Below are positions 9,288 to 19,374 of a stretch of DNA of 35,833 nt, piece by piece. The notes under the pieces are model-generated. The model ran no database searches. It saw only the letters and a list, made by a program, of their open reading frames with translations, and was not told the DNA's origin. Positions within the stretch are counted from its first letter, which is position 1. Each line of letters starts with the position of its first letter. Position numbers and translations under genes: made by a program. The DNA comes from Sphingomonas paucimobilis (GTDB lineage Bacteria; Actinomycetota; Actinomycetes; Propionibacteriales; Nocardioidaceae): assembly GCA_943371595.1 (NCBI GenBank), contig CALRVO020000001.1:1-35833 (forward strand), read 5' to 3'.

Positions 9288-9364
9288 CCCGTGCAGGATC
9301 GCGCGATCGCTCGGTCCTGCACCGGTCTCGGCCCCATTCCCGTGCAGGATCGCGCGATCGCTCG
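9288..9364. repeat. Intergenic 26-bp direct repeat with internal palindrome and hairpin (REP-like)
   Basis: CCCGTGCAGGATCGCGCGATCGCTCG at 9288-9313 and 9339-9364; GTGCAGGA (9291-9298) pairs with TCCTGCAC (9315-9322). Confidence 0.8.
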
Positions 9365-9420
9365 ATGTGGTCCCACGGTGGGCCGGCGACCAGCCGGGCG
9401 TCGATCACTACGATCGACCC

Positions 9421-11076
<1,656 letters not shown>

Positions 11077-11216
11077 CCGCCCGACCCGAGCACGGGGGTC
11101 GTCGGGACCAAGGTCCCGAAAAGTCCTGACGAAGGGCCCGACTCGCGGCAGGACGTGCCGCACGGACCCGGTCGAAACCTACGGTTGGTGCCGAGGGGAT
11201 CAACCGGAGGGCAGTC

Positions 11217-12686
11217 ATGCGCACCAGGGCACGGTCCGATCGGTCCGGGAAGACCTCGGAACCGGACGACGTCGTCGACGTGCTCCGGCGTGCGGGCGAC
11301 CATCCCCTGATGTGCTCCTTCCCCCAGGGCGCGCTGTTCTCCTTCGACCACGACCTGCGCTACCTCTCGGCCGGCGGCCACGGTCTCGCCGACGTCGGCC
11401 TGTCGCGCGAGCTGATCGAGGGCCGCACGATCTTCGAGGTCTTCCCCGACGAGACGGCGTCGGTGATCGAGCCCTTCTACCGCGCCGCCCTGAGCGGTGC
11501 CTCGACCGTGCGCGACATCGCCTACGAGGGACGGATCTACTCCCAGCGACTCGCTCCGGTGCTCGACACCGCGGGCGGCGTCGTCGCCGGTCTCGGGGTC
11601 ACCGTCGACGTGACCGAGGCGCGTCGGTCGGAGCAGGCGCTGCGGGAGTCGCTCCAGCAGAACCAGCTGATCTTCGAGCACGCCCCCATCGGCAAGGCGA
11701 TCGTGGAGCTCGACGGCACCTGGCGCGAGGTCAACGCGGCACTCACCCGGTTGACCGGGTACTCCGAGGACGAGCTCCTCGGCATGACCTTCCAGGACAT
11801 CACCCACCCCGACGACCTCGACCTCGACCTCGAGCACCTCCACCGACTCGTCGACGGCGACATCGGGTCCTACCAGATCGAGAAGCGCTACTTCACCAAG
11901 TCCGGGCGCACCGTGTGGGTCCTGCTGTCGGTGTCCCTGGTCCGCGACATCGACGGGTCGCCGCTCCACTTCATCTCCCAGATCCAGGACGTCACCGACA
12001 CCAAGCGGGCGCACCAGGCGCTGCAGGACCTCACCGGGATGCTGGCCCACGACCTGCGCACGCCTGCGGCGGTGATGCTCGGGTTCGCCGAGCTCCTCGA
12101 GGGCGTCCCCGGCCCACACATGGAGGAGGTCCGTGAGCACGCCTCCCGGATCGTGGCCGGAGCCCGTGCGATGACCGAGATGCTCGACAACGTGCTCGCC
12201 GCGACGGCGCTCGACGCAGGGCAGGTGGTCCCCGCGCCGCGAGCGGTGTCGGTGCGCGACTGCCTCACGGGCGTCGTCCACACCCTCGCTGCCCACCCGT
12301 CGTCCACCGACACCTCGGCCGTGGACGACGTCACGGCCTGGGTCGACCCCGTGCAGCTCCAGCAGGTGCTGACCAACCTGCTGACCAACGCCGTGAAGTA
12401 CGGCGGCGACCGGGTCACCGTCTCGGCGACCGCCCGCCGCGGGCGGGTGGTCCTCACGGTCGCAGACGACGGCCCCGGGGTCCCGCCGGACTTCGTGCCC
12501 CACCTGTTCGACCGGTTCAGCCGGTCGACAGAGGCCCGCGACGGCCTGCGGCGGGGCAGCGGGCTCGGGCTCTACATCGTGCGCGACCTGCTGGCGGCCA
12601 ACGACGGCACCATCGACTACACGACCGCGCCGACCGGCGGGGCCAGCTTCACCGTCGAGCTCCCCGAGGCGCCCGCCCCGGCCTGA
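11217..12686 (+). CDS. Cytoplasmic PAS-PAS sensor histidine kinase
   Basis: Two PAS/PAC repeats (ITHPDD), H-box AHDLRTP, N-box NLLTNAVKY, DDGPG, F-box, GSGLGL; GGAGG RBS. Confidence 0.92.
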   Translation: MRTRARSDRSGKTSEPDDVVDVLRRAGDHPLMCSFPQGALFSFDHDLRYLSAGGHGLADVGLSRELIEGRTIFEVFPDETASVIEPFYRAALSGASTVRDIAYEGRIYSQRLAPVLDTAGGVVAGLGVTVDVTEARRSEQALRESLQQNQLIFEHAPIGKAIVELDGTWREVNAALTRLTGYSEDELLGMTFQDITHPDDLDLDLEHLHRLVDGDIGSYQIEKRYFTKSGRTVWVLLSVSLVRDIDGSPLHFISQIQDVTDTKRAHQALQDLTGMLAHDLRTPAAVMLGFAELLEGVPGPHMEEVREHASRIVAGARAMTEMLDNVLAATALDAGQVVPAPRAVSVRDCLTGVVHTLAAHPSSTDTSAVDDVTAWVDPVQLQQVLTNLLTNAVKYGGDRVTVSATARRGRVVLTVADDGPGVPPDFVPHLFDRFSRSTEARDGLRRGSGLGLYIVRDLLAANDGTIDYTTAPTGGASFTVELPEAPAPA

Positions 12687-12695
12687 GTGTGGGGG

Positions 12696-12932
12696 TCAGT
12701 CGTCGGGCAGGTCGGCGAAGGCCTGCTTGGTGCCGCGGTACCACCCCATCGCGCGCTTGGGGTGCCGCCAGCGGCCCTTCATCGCGTCACGGGCCTCCTG
12801 GTGGGAGGCGTCGCCAGCCTTCTCGGCCGCCTTCAGGTGCTGGTCCTGGGCGTTGATGACGTCGTCGGCGCTCTCGCCGCGGTGCGCGAGGTCGCAGGGG
12901 CCGCCGAGGGCCCGGCAGGTCATGGTCTTCAT
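12696..12932 (-). CDS. Small DUF1059-like putative metal-binding protein
   Basis: 78 aa, MKTMTCRALGGPCD...QDQH...H; strong AGGAGGAG RBS; has its own ECF promoter. Confidence 0.75.
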   Translation of the reverse strand: MKTMTCRALGGPCDLAHRGESADDVINAQDQHLKAAEKAGDASHQEARDAMKGRWRHPKRAMGWYRGTKQAFADLPDD

Positions 12933-12971
12933 GTCGTCTCCTCCTGGGTGTGGATGCTGTCCTGCTGTGCT

Positions 12972-12998
12972 GACGATCGGCGGGGCCGCGGTGTGACC
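12972..12998 (-). promoter_or_regulatory. ECF41-type promoter for the DUF1059-like gene
   Basis: GGTCACA-N16-CGTC on the minus strand. Confidence 0.75.
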
Positions 12999-13001
12999 GG
13001 C

Positions 13002-13847
13002 TCAGCCGCGGGCCACGTCGCCGTCGCGGCGTACGACGCGGGCGAGGACCTCCGGGGCGGCCCGGAAGGTGATCGCGACCACCCGGCCGTGGTCGACGGT
13101 GAAGTCGAAGACGACCTTGGCCGCGCCGCGGTGGAACCACGCACTGCCGGGGCGGTCGTCGACGAAGACGGCGAGCGCCGAGGTGGCGCTGCCGTTGAAG
13201 AACGTCGCGACCTGGTCGTGACCCTCGATCGACGCTGGGGTGCCCGCCAGGACGGCGGCCTCGTCGGCGGCCACCACGGCGTCGGGCGCGAGCAGGCGGA
13301 GCAGCCGGTCGAAGTCGCCCTCGCGGGCGGCGGCCATGAAGGCGTCGACCACCTCCCAGTCGGCCAGCCGGTCCTCCGGGTGGGGCTGGGCGACCTTGGC
13401 GCGCGCCCGGGAGGCGAGCTTGCGGGCGGCCATCGGTGTGGTGTCGAGAACCGCCGCGATCGTGGGGAACTCGAAGCCGAAGCTGTCGTGCAGGACGAAG
13501 GCCACCCGCTCGCGGGGTGACAGCCGGTCGAGCACGACGTGCAGGGCGACCCCGACGGTGTCGGCGAGGGCGACGTCGTCGGCCGGGTCCGGGGCCGTGT
13601 CGTCCGGCTCGACCTCGTCGACCGGCACCGGGGTGCGCGAGCGCAGCCGGTCGAGGCACAGCCGCGTGGTCACCGTCGTCAGCCAGGCCGGCAGGCTCTC
13701 GATCCGGGTGTCGGTGCGGTGCATCCGCAGCCACGCCTGTTGCACGACGTCCTCGGCCTCGGCGTGATCGCCGAGCACACGGCTCGCGATCCCCACCAGT
13801 CGCGGCCGCTCGGCCTCGAACTGGTCGGTCTGGTCCGTCTGGTCCAT
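13002..13847 (-). CDS. ECF sigma-70 factor, SigJ/ECF41-like, with C-terminal SnoaL-like extension
   Basis: AEAEDVVQQAWLR, WLTTVTTRLCLDRLRS, LSPRERVAFVLHD, RKLASRAR; C-terminal VVDAFMAAAREGDFDRLLRLLAPD. ATG 13847 (alternative GTG 13856). Confidence 0.92.
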   Translation of the reverse strand: MDQTDQTDQFEAERPRLVGIASRVLGDHAEAEDVVQQAWLRMHRTDTRIESLPAWLTTVTTRLCLDRLRSRTPVPVDEVEPDDTAPDPADDVALADTVGVALHVVLDRLSPRERVAFVLHDSFGFEFPTIAAVLDTTPMAARKLASRARAKVAQPHPEDRLADWEVVDAFMAAAREGDFDRLLRLLAPDAVVAADEAAVLAGTPASIEGHDQVATFFNGSATSALAVFVDDRPGSAWFHRGAAKVVFDFTVDHGRVVAITFRAAPEVLARVVRRDGDVARG

Positions 13848-13884
13848 GGTCGGCACCCTTTCATCCCTGCTCCGTCTCCTCTGT

Positions 13885-13911
13885 GACGTGCGGGCCGCGG
13901 CAGGTGTGACC
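13885..13911 (-). promoter_or_regulatory. ECF41-type (auto)promoter of the sigma gene
   Basis: GGTCACA-N16-CGTC on the minus strand, 37 nt before the ATG. Confidence 0.75.
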
Positions 13912-13929
13912 GGGCCACCGGGATGGCGC

Positions 13930-14499
13930 TCAGAAGCGGCCGGCCGCCACCAGGGTGGGCCGACGCTCGTCGGGCAGCGTCTCCTCCACGACGTAGCGCC
14001 GCGGGCCCGAGTCGGGCGCGTGCAGCAGGGTGTCGGGCCCGGTCCAGAACCCCACGTGGGTGATCCGGGTGCCGGGGCCGTCCTGGGCGAAGAACCACAG
14101 GTCGCCCGGGCGCTCGTTGCCCAGCGCGACGGGCTCGCAGCGGTCGGCCTGGTCGGAGGCGTCGCGCGGCACCGCGAGCCCGACCGCGCGGAAGCTGGCG
14201 TGCACCAGGCCGGAGCAGTCGATGCCGTCGTGGGTCAGGCCACCCCAGACGTAGGGCGTGCCGAGGTAGGTGCGGGCGATCGCCACGACGCTGTCCTCGT
14301 CGAGCGCCAGGTCGGTCGCACGCGCCCAGCCCGGATAGCCCACGGGGTCCTTCGACGACCACTGGGTCGGCGCGACGACCTTGAGCCAGTCACCCTCACG
14401 GGCCTGCACCTCGACGTGCTCGCCCACGAGCAGCTGGGTGACCTGCTCGGCGCTCTCGTCGGGGGCTGCGTGGACGCCGGTGACGCGGATCGCTCTCAT
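13930..14499 (-). CDS. NlpC/P60 (C40) peptidase with N-terminal SH3-like domain, YkfC-like
   Basis: YLGTPYVWGG, DCSGLV, HVG..LLHA catalytic triad; TGATG overlap with the epimerase; no signal peptide. Confidence 0.9.
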   Translation of the reverse strand: MRAIRVTGVHAAPDESAEQVTQLLVGEHVEVQAREGDWLKVVAPTQWSSKDPVGYPGWARATDLALDEDSVVAIARTYLGTPYVWGGLTHDGIDCSGLVHASFRAVGLAVPRDASDQADRCEPVALGNERPGDLWFFAQDGPGTRITHVGFWTGPDTLLHAPDSGPRRYVVEETLPDERRPTLVAAGRF

Positions 14500-15599
14500 C
14501 AGTGCACTCCTTCGATGCCCAGGCCGGGCTGGTGGGACAGGACGAGCCGGTCGCCGTCGTACGACGGTCCGCCGGCGAAGGGCGACGCCACCGACCACCA
14601 CGCGGCGTCGAGGTCGGGCAGGCTCGAGGTGCCGACGGCGGCGACGAGCGAGGCGGCCGCGCCGACCCCGAGGTGGGACTCCATCATCGAGCCCACGAAC
14701 GTGCCGAACCCGTGCCGGTCGGCGACGTCGAGGAGCTCGAGCGCGGGCGTGAGGCCACCGCACTTGGCGAGCTTGACGTTGACCAGGTCGGCCGCGTCGA
14801 GCCGGATGACCTCGACGAGGTCCTCGAGCGTGAACAGCGACTCGTCGGCCATCACCGGGGTCTCGACGTGGGCGGTGACGTAGGCCAGACCGATCAGGTC
14901 ATGCGCGGGGACGGGCTGCTCGACCAGCTCGACGTCGGCTCCCGCCGCTTCGAGAGCACTGATCACGCGGACGGCCTCGAAGGCGTCCCACCCCTGGTTG
15001 GCGTCGAGGCGCAGCGCCACAGCGGGGCCGACCGCAGCGCGCACCGCGAGCACCCGCGCGACGTCGGTCGTGGCGTCGGTGCCGACCTTGAGCTTGAGCG
15101 TGGCGAAGCCGTCAGCGACCCGGGCGAGGGCCGCCGCCGCGAGCTCGGCCGGCGAACCCGCGGCGAGGGTCACGTCGGTGCGCACCTGGGTCGCGGCGAG
15201 CTCGCTGGTGCCCTCGTGGGCCGCGAGGTGCTGGGCCAGCGTGAGCCCGCAGCGGCGAGCGGCGAGGTCGTGCAGCGCGACGTCGGCGGCCATCTTGGCC
15301 GACCGGTTGCCGACCACGGCCCGCTGCACGAGAGCAGCGCTCTCGCGAGGGTCGGCGGGACGACCGACGAGCGCGTCGCGCAACGGGCCCTCGAGACAGG
15401 CCTGCGACCCGGCGAGCGAGTCGCCGGTCACCTGCCAGACCTGCGGCGCCTCGCCCCACCCGACGACCCCGTCGCTGTCGACGACCTCGACGAGGACCGT
15501 CTCGACGGTCGACGTGGAGCGCAGCGCGGTGACGAACGGCGTGTGCAACGGCACGCTGAGTCGCCGGGTGCGCACCTCGACGACGGTGGACGAGGTCAT
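14499..15599 (-). CDS. Dipeptide (L-Ala-D/L-Glu) epimerase, enolase superfamily
   Basis: PFVTA, KLK, DANQ, EQP, DES, NVKLAKCGG and DLD motifs; ATGA overlap with the upstream gene. Confidence 0.9.
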   Translation of the reverse strand: MTSSTVVEVRTRRLSVPLHTPFVTALRSTSTVETVLVEVVDSDGVVGWGEAPQVWQVTGDSLAGSQACLEGPLRDALVGRPADPRESAALVQRAVVGNRSAKMAADVALHDLAARRCGLTLAQHLAAHEGTSELAATQVRTDVTLAAGSPAELAAAALARVADGFATLKLKVGTDATTDVARVLAVRAAVGPAVALRLDANQGWDAFEAVRVISALEAAGADVELVEQPVPAHDLIGLAYVTAHVETPVMADESLFTLEDLVEVIRLDAADLVNVKLAKCGGLTPALELLDVADRHGFGTFVGSMMESHLGVGAAASLVAAVGTSSLPDLDAAWWSVASPFAGGPSYDGDRLVLSHQPGLGIEGVH

Positions 15600-16342
15600 C
15601 GGCGCCGCTCCCAGGCCTCGGTCGCGATCACGGCGATCCGGCGTTCGGCCGCCTCGTTGGTCTCGTCGGAGCGGGTCAGGACGACCAGTGCGAACGGCGC
15701 ACCGCCCTGCTCGGCCGACGGCCGCACGATCGCCATGTCGTGGGTGATGCCGTCGACCCACCCGGTCTTGTTGGCGACGAGGGTGCCGGCCGGCAGGCCT
15801 GCCGGGATGCCGTCGCGGTAGCGCTGGCCGAGCATGACCTCCTCCACGGCGTACGGCGTGTGGGCCAGCACCCGGCCGAGGTCACGCGCGGTGACCTCGT
15901 TGGCCAGCCCCGCCTCGCGGCCGGCCAGGTCGCCGATGCCGCGGCTGAACCGCGTGCGGCCGCTGACCCCGGCGTCGGCCAGCACCCGCTGCACCGCCGG
16001 CACCCCGACCTGCTCGAGCAGCAGGTTGGTCGCGATGTTGCTCGACTCGACGATCGCTCGGCGGCGCAGCTCGCGCAGCGTCTCGGTCGTGCCGAGCGCG
16101 TCCCACGTGGCGTCGTCCTGGTCGTCCTCGCGCACGATCGTGAAGCGTCCGCCGACGGCGGACTCGAAGTCGTCGTGCACCAGCACCGCGGTGTCGAGGT
16201 CGAGCGCCTCGGCGGCGGTCGCCAGCGGCACCTTGACCAGGCTCGCGGCGTACGCCGGCTCGTCGGCGTCCTGCTCCCACCAGGTCGTGCCGTCGAGGGC
16301 GCCGAGCCAGATGCCGGTCAGCTCGTGTTCCACGCGGTCCAC
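15596..16342 (-). CDS. Class-A beta-lactamase-like serine hydrolase
   Basis: SLVK (SxxK), SSN (SxN), KTG; no signal peptide. The true start may be a leaderless GTG at 16333. Confidence 0.88.
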   Translation of the reverse strand: MDRVEHELTGIWLGALDGTTWWEQDADEPAYAASLVKVPLATAAEALDLDTAVLVHDDFESAVGGRFTIVREDDQDDATWDALGTTETLRELRRRAIVESSNIATNLLLEQVGVPAVQRVLADAGVSGRTRFSRGIGDLAGREAGLANEVTARDLGRVLAHTPYAVEEVMLGQRYRDGIPAGLPAGTLVANKTGWVDGITHDMAIVRPSAEQGGAPFALVVLTRSDETNEAAERRIAVIATEAWERRR

Positions 16343-16356
16343 CTTAGGATCCAGCC

Positions 16357-17202
16357 GTGCCCGGCCTCACCCCGCGTCAGCGCGACCTCCTCGAGCACTG
16401 GCTCCCCGGCTCGACCGTGGTGCGGGACCACAGCTGGGGCCAGGTGGACCGGGTCGTCCTCGAGGTCGACTGCGACGGGACGTCCTACGCCGTCAAGGCC
16501 TCGGGGCCGACCGACGGCCACCTGGCCCGCGAGGTGCGCGCCCACCGCGAGTGGCTGGGGCCGTGGCGCGCGACCGGTCACGCCGCCACCCTGGTCGGCG
16601 CCGACCTCGAGGCCCGGCTGCTGGTGACGACGTGGCTGCCGGGCCAGCTGGTCGAGGGCACGCCGGCCCAGGCAGCTCCGTCGACCTACCACCGGGCCGG
16701 GGTCCTGCTGGCCGTGCTGCACGCGCAGCTCGCCGTCGAGGACGCCGACCACGAGGCGCGCGAGAACGCACGCGCCCTGCGCTGGCTGGACGAGCCCCAC
16801 CGCATCGCAGCGGACACCGAGGCGCTGCTGCGCTCCGAGATCGCCGCCTGGCCGACGCCGCCGGCGACGCTGGTGCCCACCCACGGCGACTGGCAACCGC
16901 GCAACTGGGTGGTCGACGACGCCGGCACGGTCCGGGTGATCGACCTCGGCCGCGCCGACCTGCGCACGGCGGCGTCCGACCTGGCCCGGCTGGCCGCCCA
17001 GGACTTCCGCCGCGACCCGGCGCTGGAGACCGCCTTCCTCACCGGCTACGGCTCCGACCCGCGGGAGCCGGGGGCGTGGTGGCGCCAGCGCGTGCGGGAG
17101 GCCGTCGGGACGGCGTGCTGGGCGCACCGCGTCGGCGACACGGCGTTCGAGGCGCAGGGCCTGCGGATGCTGGACGAGGCCGTGCCCGACCGCCCGTCGT
17201 AA
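16357..17202 (+). CDS. Aminoglycoside phosphotransferase family protein
   Basis: YAVK, HGDWQPRN and IDLG kinase motifs; TAGGAT 6 nt before the GTG. Confidence 0.87.
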   Translation: MPGLTPRQRDLLEHWLPGSTVVRDHSWGQVDRVVLEVDCDGTSYAVKASGPTDGHLAREVRAHREWLGPWRATGHAATLVGADLEARLLVTTWLPGQLVEGTPAQAAPSTYHRAGVLLAVLHAQLAVEDADHEARENARALRWLDEPHRIAADTEALLRSEIAAWPTPPATLVPTHGDWQPRNWVVDDAGTVRVIDLGRADLRTAASDLARLAAQDFRRDPALETAFLTGYGSDPREPGAWWRQRVREAVGTACWAHRVGDTAFEAQGLRMLDEAVPDRPS

Positions 17203-17224
17203 GCCGCCCCACTACCCTGCAGCG

Positions 17225-18133
17225 GTGGCCAACCGCATCCAGGACCTGCTCGGCATCGAGATCCCCATCGTCCAGGCGCCGATGACGTTCATCGCCCGTG
17301 CCGGACTCGCCGCCGCGGTCTCGGAGGCCGGGGGGCTCGGGGTGGTCGAGTCGCTGACCGACGAGGGGCGCGCCGACCTGGCGCGAATGCGCGACCTCAC
17401 CTCCAAGCCCTACGCCGCCAACCTGATGATCCAGGGCTGGAAGCGCGACCCGTCCATCGTCGACGTGCTCGCCGAGGCGCAGGTGCCGGTGGTCACGACG
17501 TCGGCCGGCGACCCCGCGCTGTTCACCGACCGGCTGCACGACGCCGGCATCATCGTCCTGCACGTCGTCGGCAACCTGCGCGGGGCCCAGAAGGCCCGCG
17601 ACGCCGGGGTCGACGGGCTCGTCGTCGAAGGGGTCGAGGGGGGCGGCTTCAAGGGCGCCCTCAGCGCCTCGACGCTCGTGCTGCTGCCCCTGGTCGCCCA
17701 GCACGTCGACCTCCCGCTGATCGCCGCCGGCGGCATCTGCGACGCCACCTCGATGGCCGCCGCCCTCGTGCTCGGCGCCGACGGCGTCCAGATGGGCACC
17801 CGGATGCTCGCGACCCACGAGGCCGGCGTCCACCAGCACTTCAAGGACGCGATCGTCGGCGCCGGCGACGACGCGACCGTGCTGCTGAGCGTGCCGGGCA
17901 ACCCGACGATGCGGGTGCTGCGCAACGAGCTGACCGCGCGCACCGAGCACGACGCCAAGCTGCTGGGCCGCATCACCGACCTCTACTTCGAGGGCGACAT
18001 GGACGCCAGCGTCGCCAACACCGGTCAGGTCTCGGCCCGCATCGAGAGCGTCGAGCCGGTCGCCGACGTCGTACGCCGCACCTGGGCCGGGTGCCGCGCC
18101 GCGCTCGACGCGGCGGCGGCCCGGGTGGGCTGA
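17225..18133 (+). CDS. Nitronate monooxygenase/FabK-like flavin oxidoreductase
   Basis: PIVQAPM, AGGLG, VEGVEGGG, IAAGGI, GVQMGTR. Confidence 0.9.
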   Translation: MANRIQDLLGIEIPIVQAPMTFIARAGLAAAVSEAGGLGVVESLTDEGRADLARMRDLTSKPYAANLMIQGWKRDPSIVDVLAEAQVPVVTTSAGDPALFTDRLHDAGIIVLHVVGNLRGAQKARDAGVDGLVVEGVEGGGFKGALSASTLVLLPLVAQHVDLPLIAAGGICDATSMAAALVLGADGVQMGTRMLATHEAGVHQHFKDAIVGAGDDATVLLSVPGNPTMRVLRNELTARTEHDAKLLGRITDLYFEGDMDASVANTGQVSARIESVEPVADVVRRTWAGCRAALDAAAARVG

Positions 18134-18136
18134 CCC

Positions 18137-18161
18137 CGGGGTCGGGACAACCCCGACCCCG
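18137..18161 (+). terminator. Possible hairpin terminator without a U-tract
   Basis: CGGGGTCGGG-ACAAC-CCCGACCCCG, a 10-bp stem just after the stop codon. Confidence 0.4.
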
Positions 18162-18180
18162 CTCTGCGCGTCTCCCCCGC

Positions 18181-19374
18181 GTGACCTCACCACGGCTGCT
18201 GGCCGGCGCCGTCCTGCTCCTGTGCGCGGTGGTCGCCGCCACCAGCGTCCCGGGCCCCCAGGTCGCGGCGCCCCCGGTGGTGCGCGCGGTGCTGGCCGGG
18301 ACCAGCCCGGCGCCCACGCCACCACCGGAACCGCCCGCACGCCGGCCGCGCGAGGTCAGCATCGTCATGGGCGGCGACCTCCTCTGGCACGACACGGTCT
18401 GGCTGAGCGCCGCGGCGGACGCCGCGACGACCGGGCGCACGCCGTACGACTTCGACCCGATGTTCGCCGCCCTCCGGCCGCTGGTGAGGGGGGCCGACGT
18501 CGCGATCTGCCACGAGGAGGTGCCGTTCGCCCTGCCGGGACGGCCCCTGCAGAGCTATCCGGTCTTCGCCGCGCCGCCCGAGGTCGCGTCCTGGATCGCG
18601 CGCACGGGATTCGACGCCTGCACGACCGCGTCCAACCACAGCGTCGACCAGGGCTGGGAGGGGCTCAGGCACACCGCCGACCTGCTCGCCCGCCAGGGCG
18701 TCGCGCACGTCGGCACCTTCCGCAGCCCCGCCGAGCGCCGGCGGCCGGTCGTGCTGACCACCGACGAGGGCGTGCGCGTGGGGCTGGTCGCGGGCACCTA
18801 CGGCCTCAACGGGTTCCCGCTGCCGCAGGGTCGGCCCTGGTCGGTGTCGCTGTGGGACGCGGACAACCTGCTGGCGCAGGCCCACGCAGCCCGCGCGGCC
18901 GGTGCCGACGTCGTCGTCGTCAACCTGCACGGCGGCGCCGAGTACGACCACCTGCCCAGCGCCGAGCAGGTCGCCCTCGTCGACCGGCTGACGCGCTCCC
19001 CCGACGTCGACCTGGTGCTCGGCGAGCACGCCCACGTCGTGCAGCCGATCACCCGCGTCCACGGCACGTGGGTCGTCTACGGGATGGGCAACGCGATCGC
19101 CCAGCAGGAGACGTTCCGCACCGATGCCTACGAGGGCATCACCGTGCGCTTCAGCTTCGCCGAGCGTGCCGACGGCCGGTTCGCGGTGCGGTCGGCGGCC
19201 TACGTCCCGACGACGTGGAACGTCTACGGCGACGGTGGACCGATCCGCGTCCAGCGCGTCGTGCGCGCCCTGGCGCAGGGACGTGGCGACCGCGCCCGTC
19301 TGCTCGCGGCCCGCGACTCGGTCCGCGAGGCGGTCAACGCCCTGGGACCGACGCCGGGCCTGGTGGAACGGTGA
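18181..19374 (+). CDS. CapA-family (PGA_cap) metallophosphatase-like exported protein
   Basis: Signal/TM segment; GDLLWH, ASNHSVD, LHGGAEY, GEHAHVVQP, YGMGN. Confidence 0.9.
   Translation: MTSPRLLAGAVLLLCAVVAATSVPGPQVAAPPVVRAVLAGTSPAPTPPPEPPARRPREVSIVMGGDLLWHDTVWLSAAADAATTGRTPYDFDPMFAALRPLVRGADVAICHEEVPFALPGRPLQSYPVFAAPPEVASWIARTGFDACTTASNHSVDQGWEGLRHTADLLARQGVAHVGTFRSPAERRRPVVLTTDEGVRVGLVAGTYGLNGFPLPQGRPWSVSLWDADNLLAQAHAARAAGADVVVVNLHGGAEYDHLPSAEQVALVDRLTRSPDVDLVLGEHAHVVQPITRVHGTWVVYGMGNAIAQQETFRTDAYEGITVRFSFAERADGRFAVRSAAYVPTTWNVYGDGGPIRVQRVVRALAQGRGDRARLLAARDSVREAVNALGPTPGLVER

Noticed and set aside
13821-13845. 9-bp repeat encoding DQTDQTDQ at the sigma N-terminus
   Set aside because: Short slippage in a variable tail; no functional evidence.
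15596-17202. Antibiotic-resistance island (beta-lactamase + APH)
   Set aside because: Only superfamily-level motifs; no signal peptide on the hydrolase, no mobility genes, and no obvious compositional shift.
18181-19374. Poly-gamma-glutamate capsule locus
   Set aside because: No capB or capC; lone CapA-domain proteins are common.
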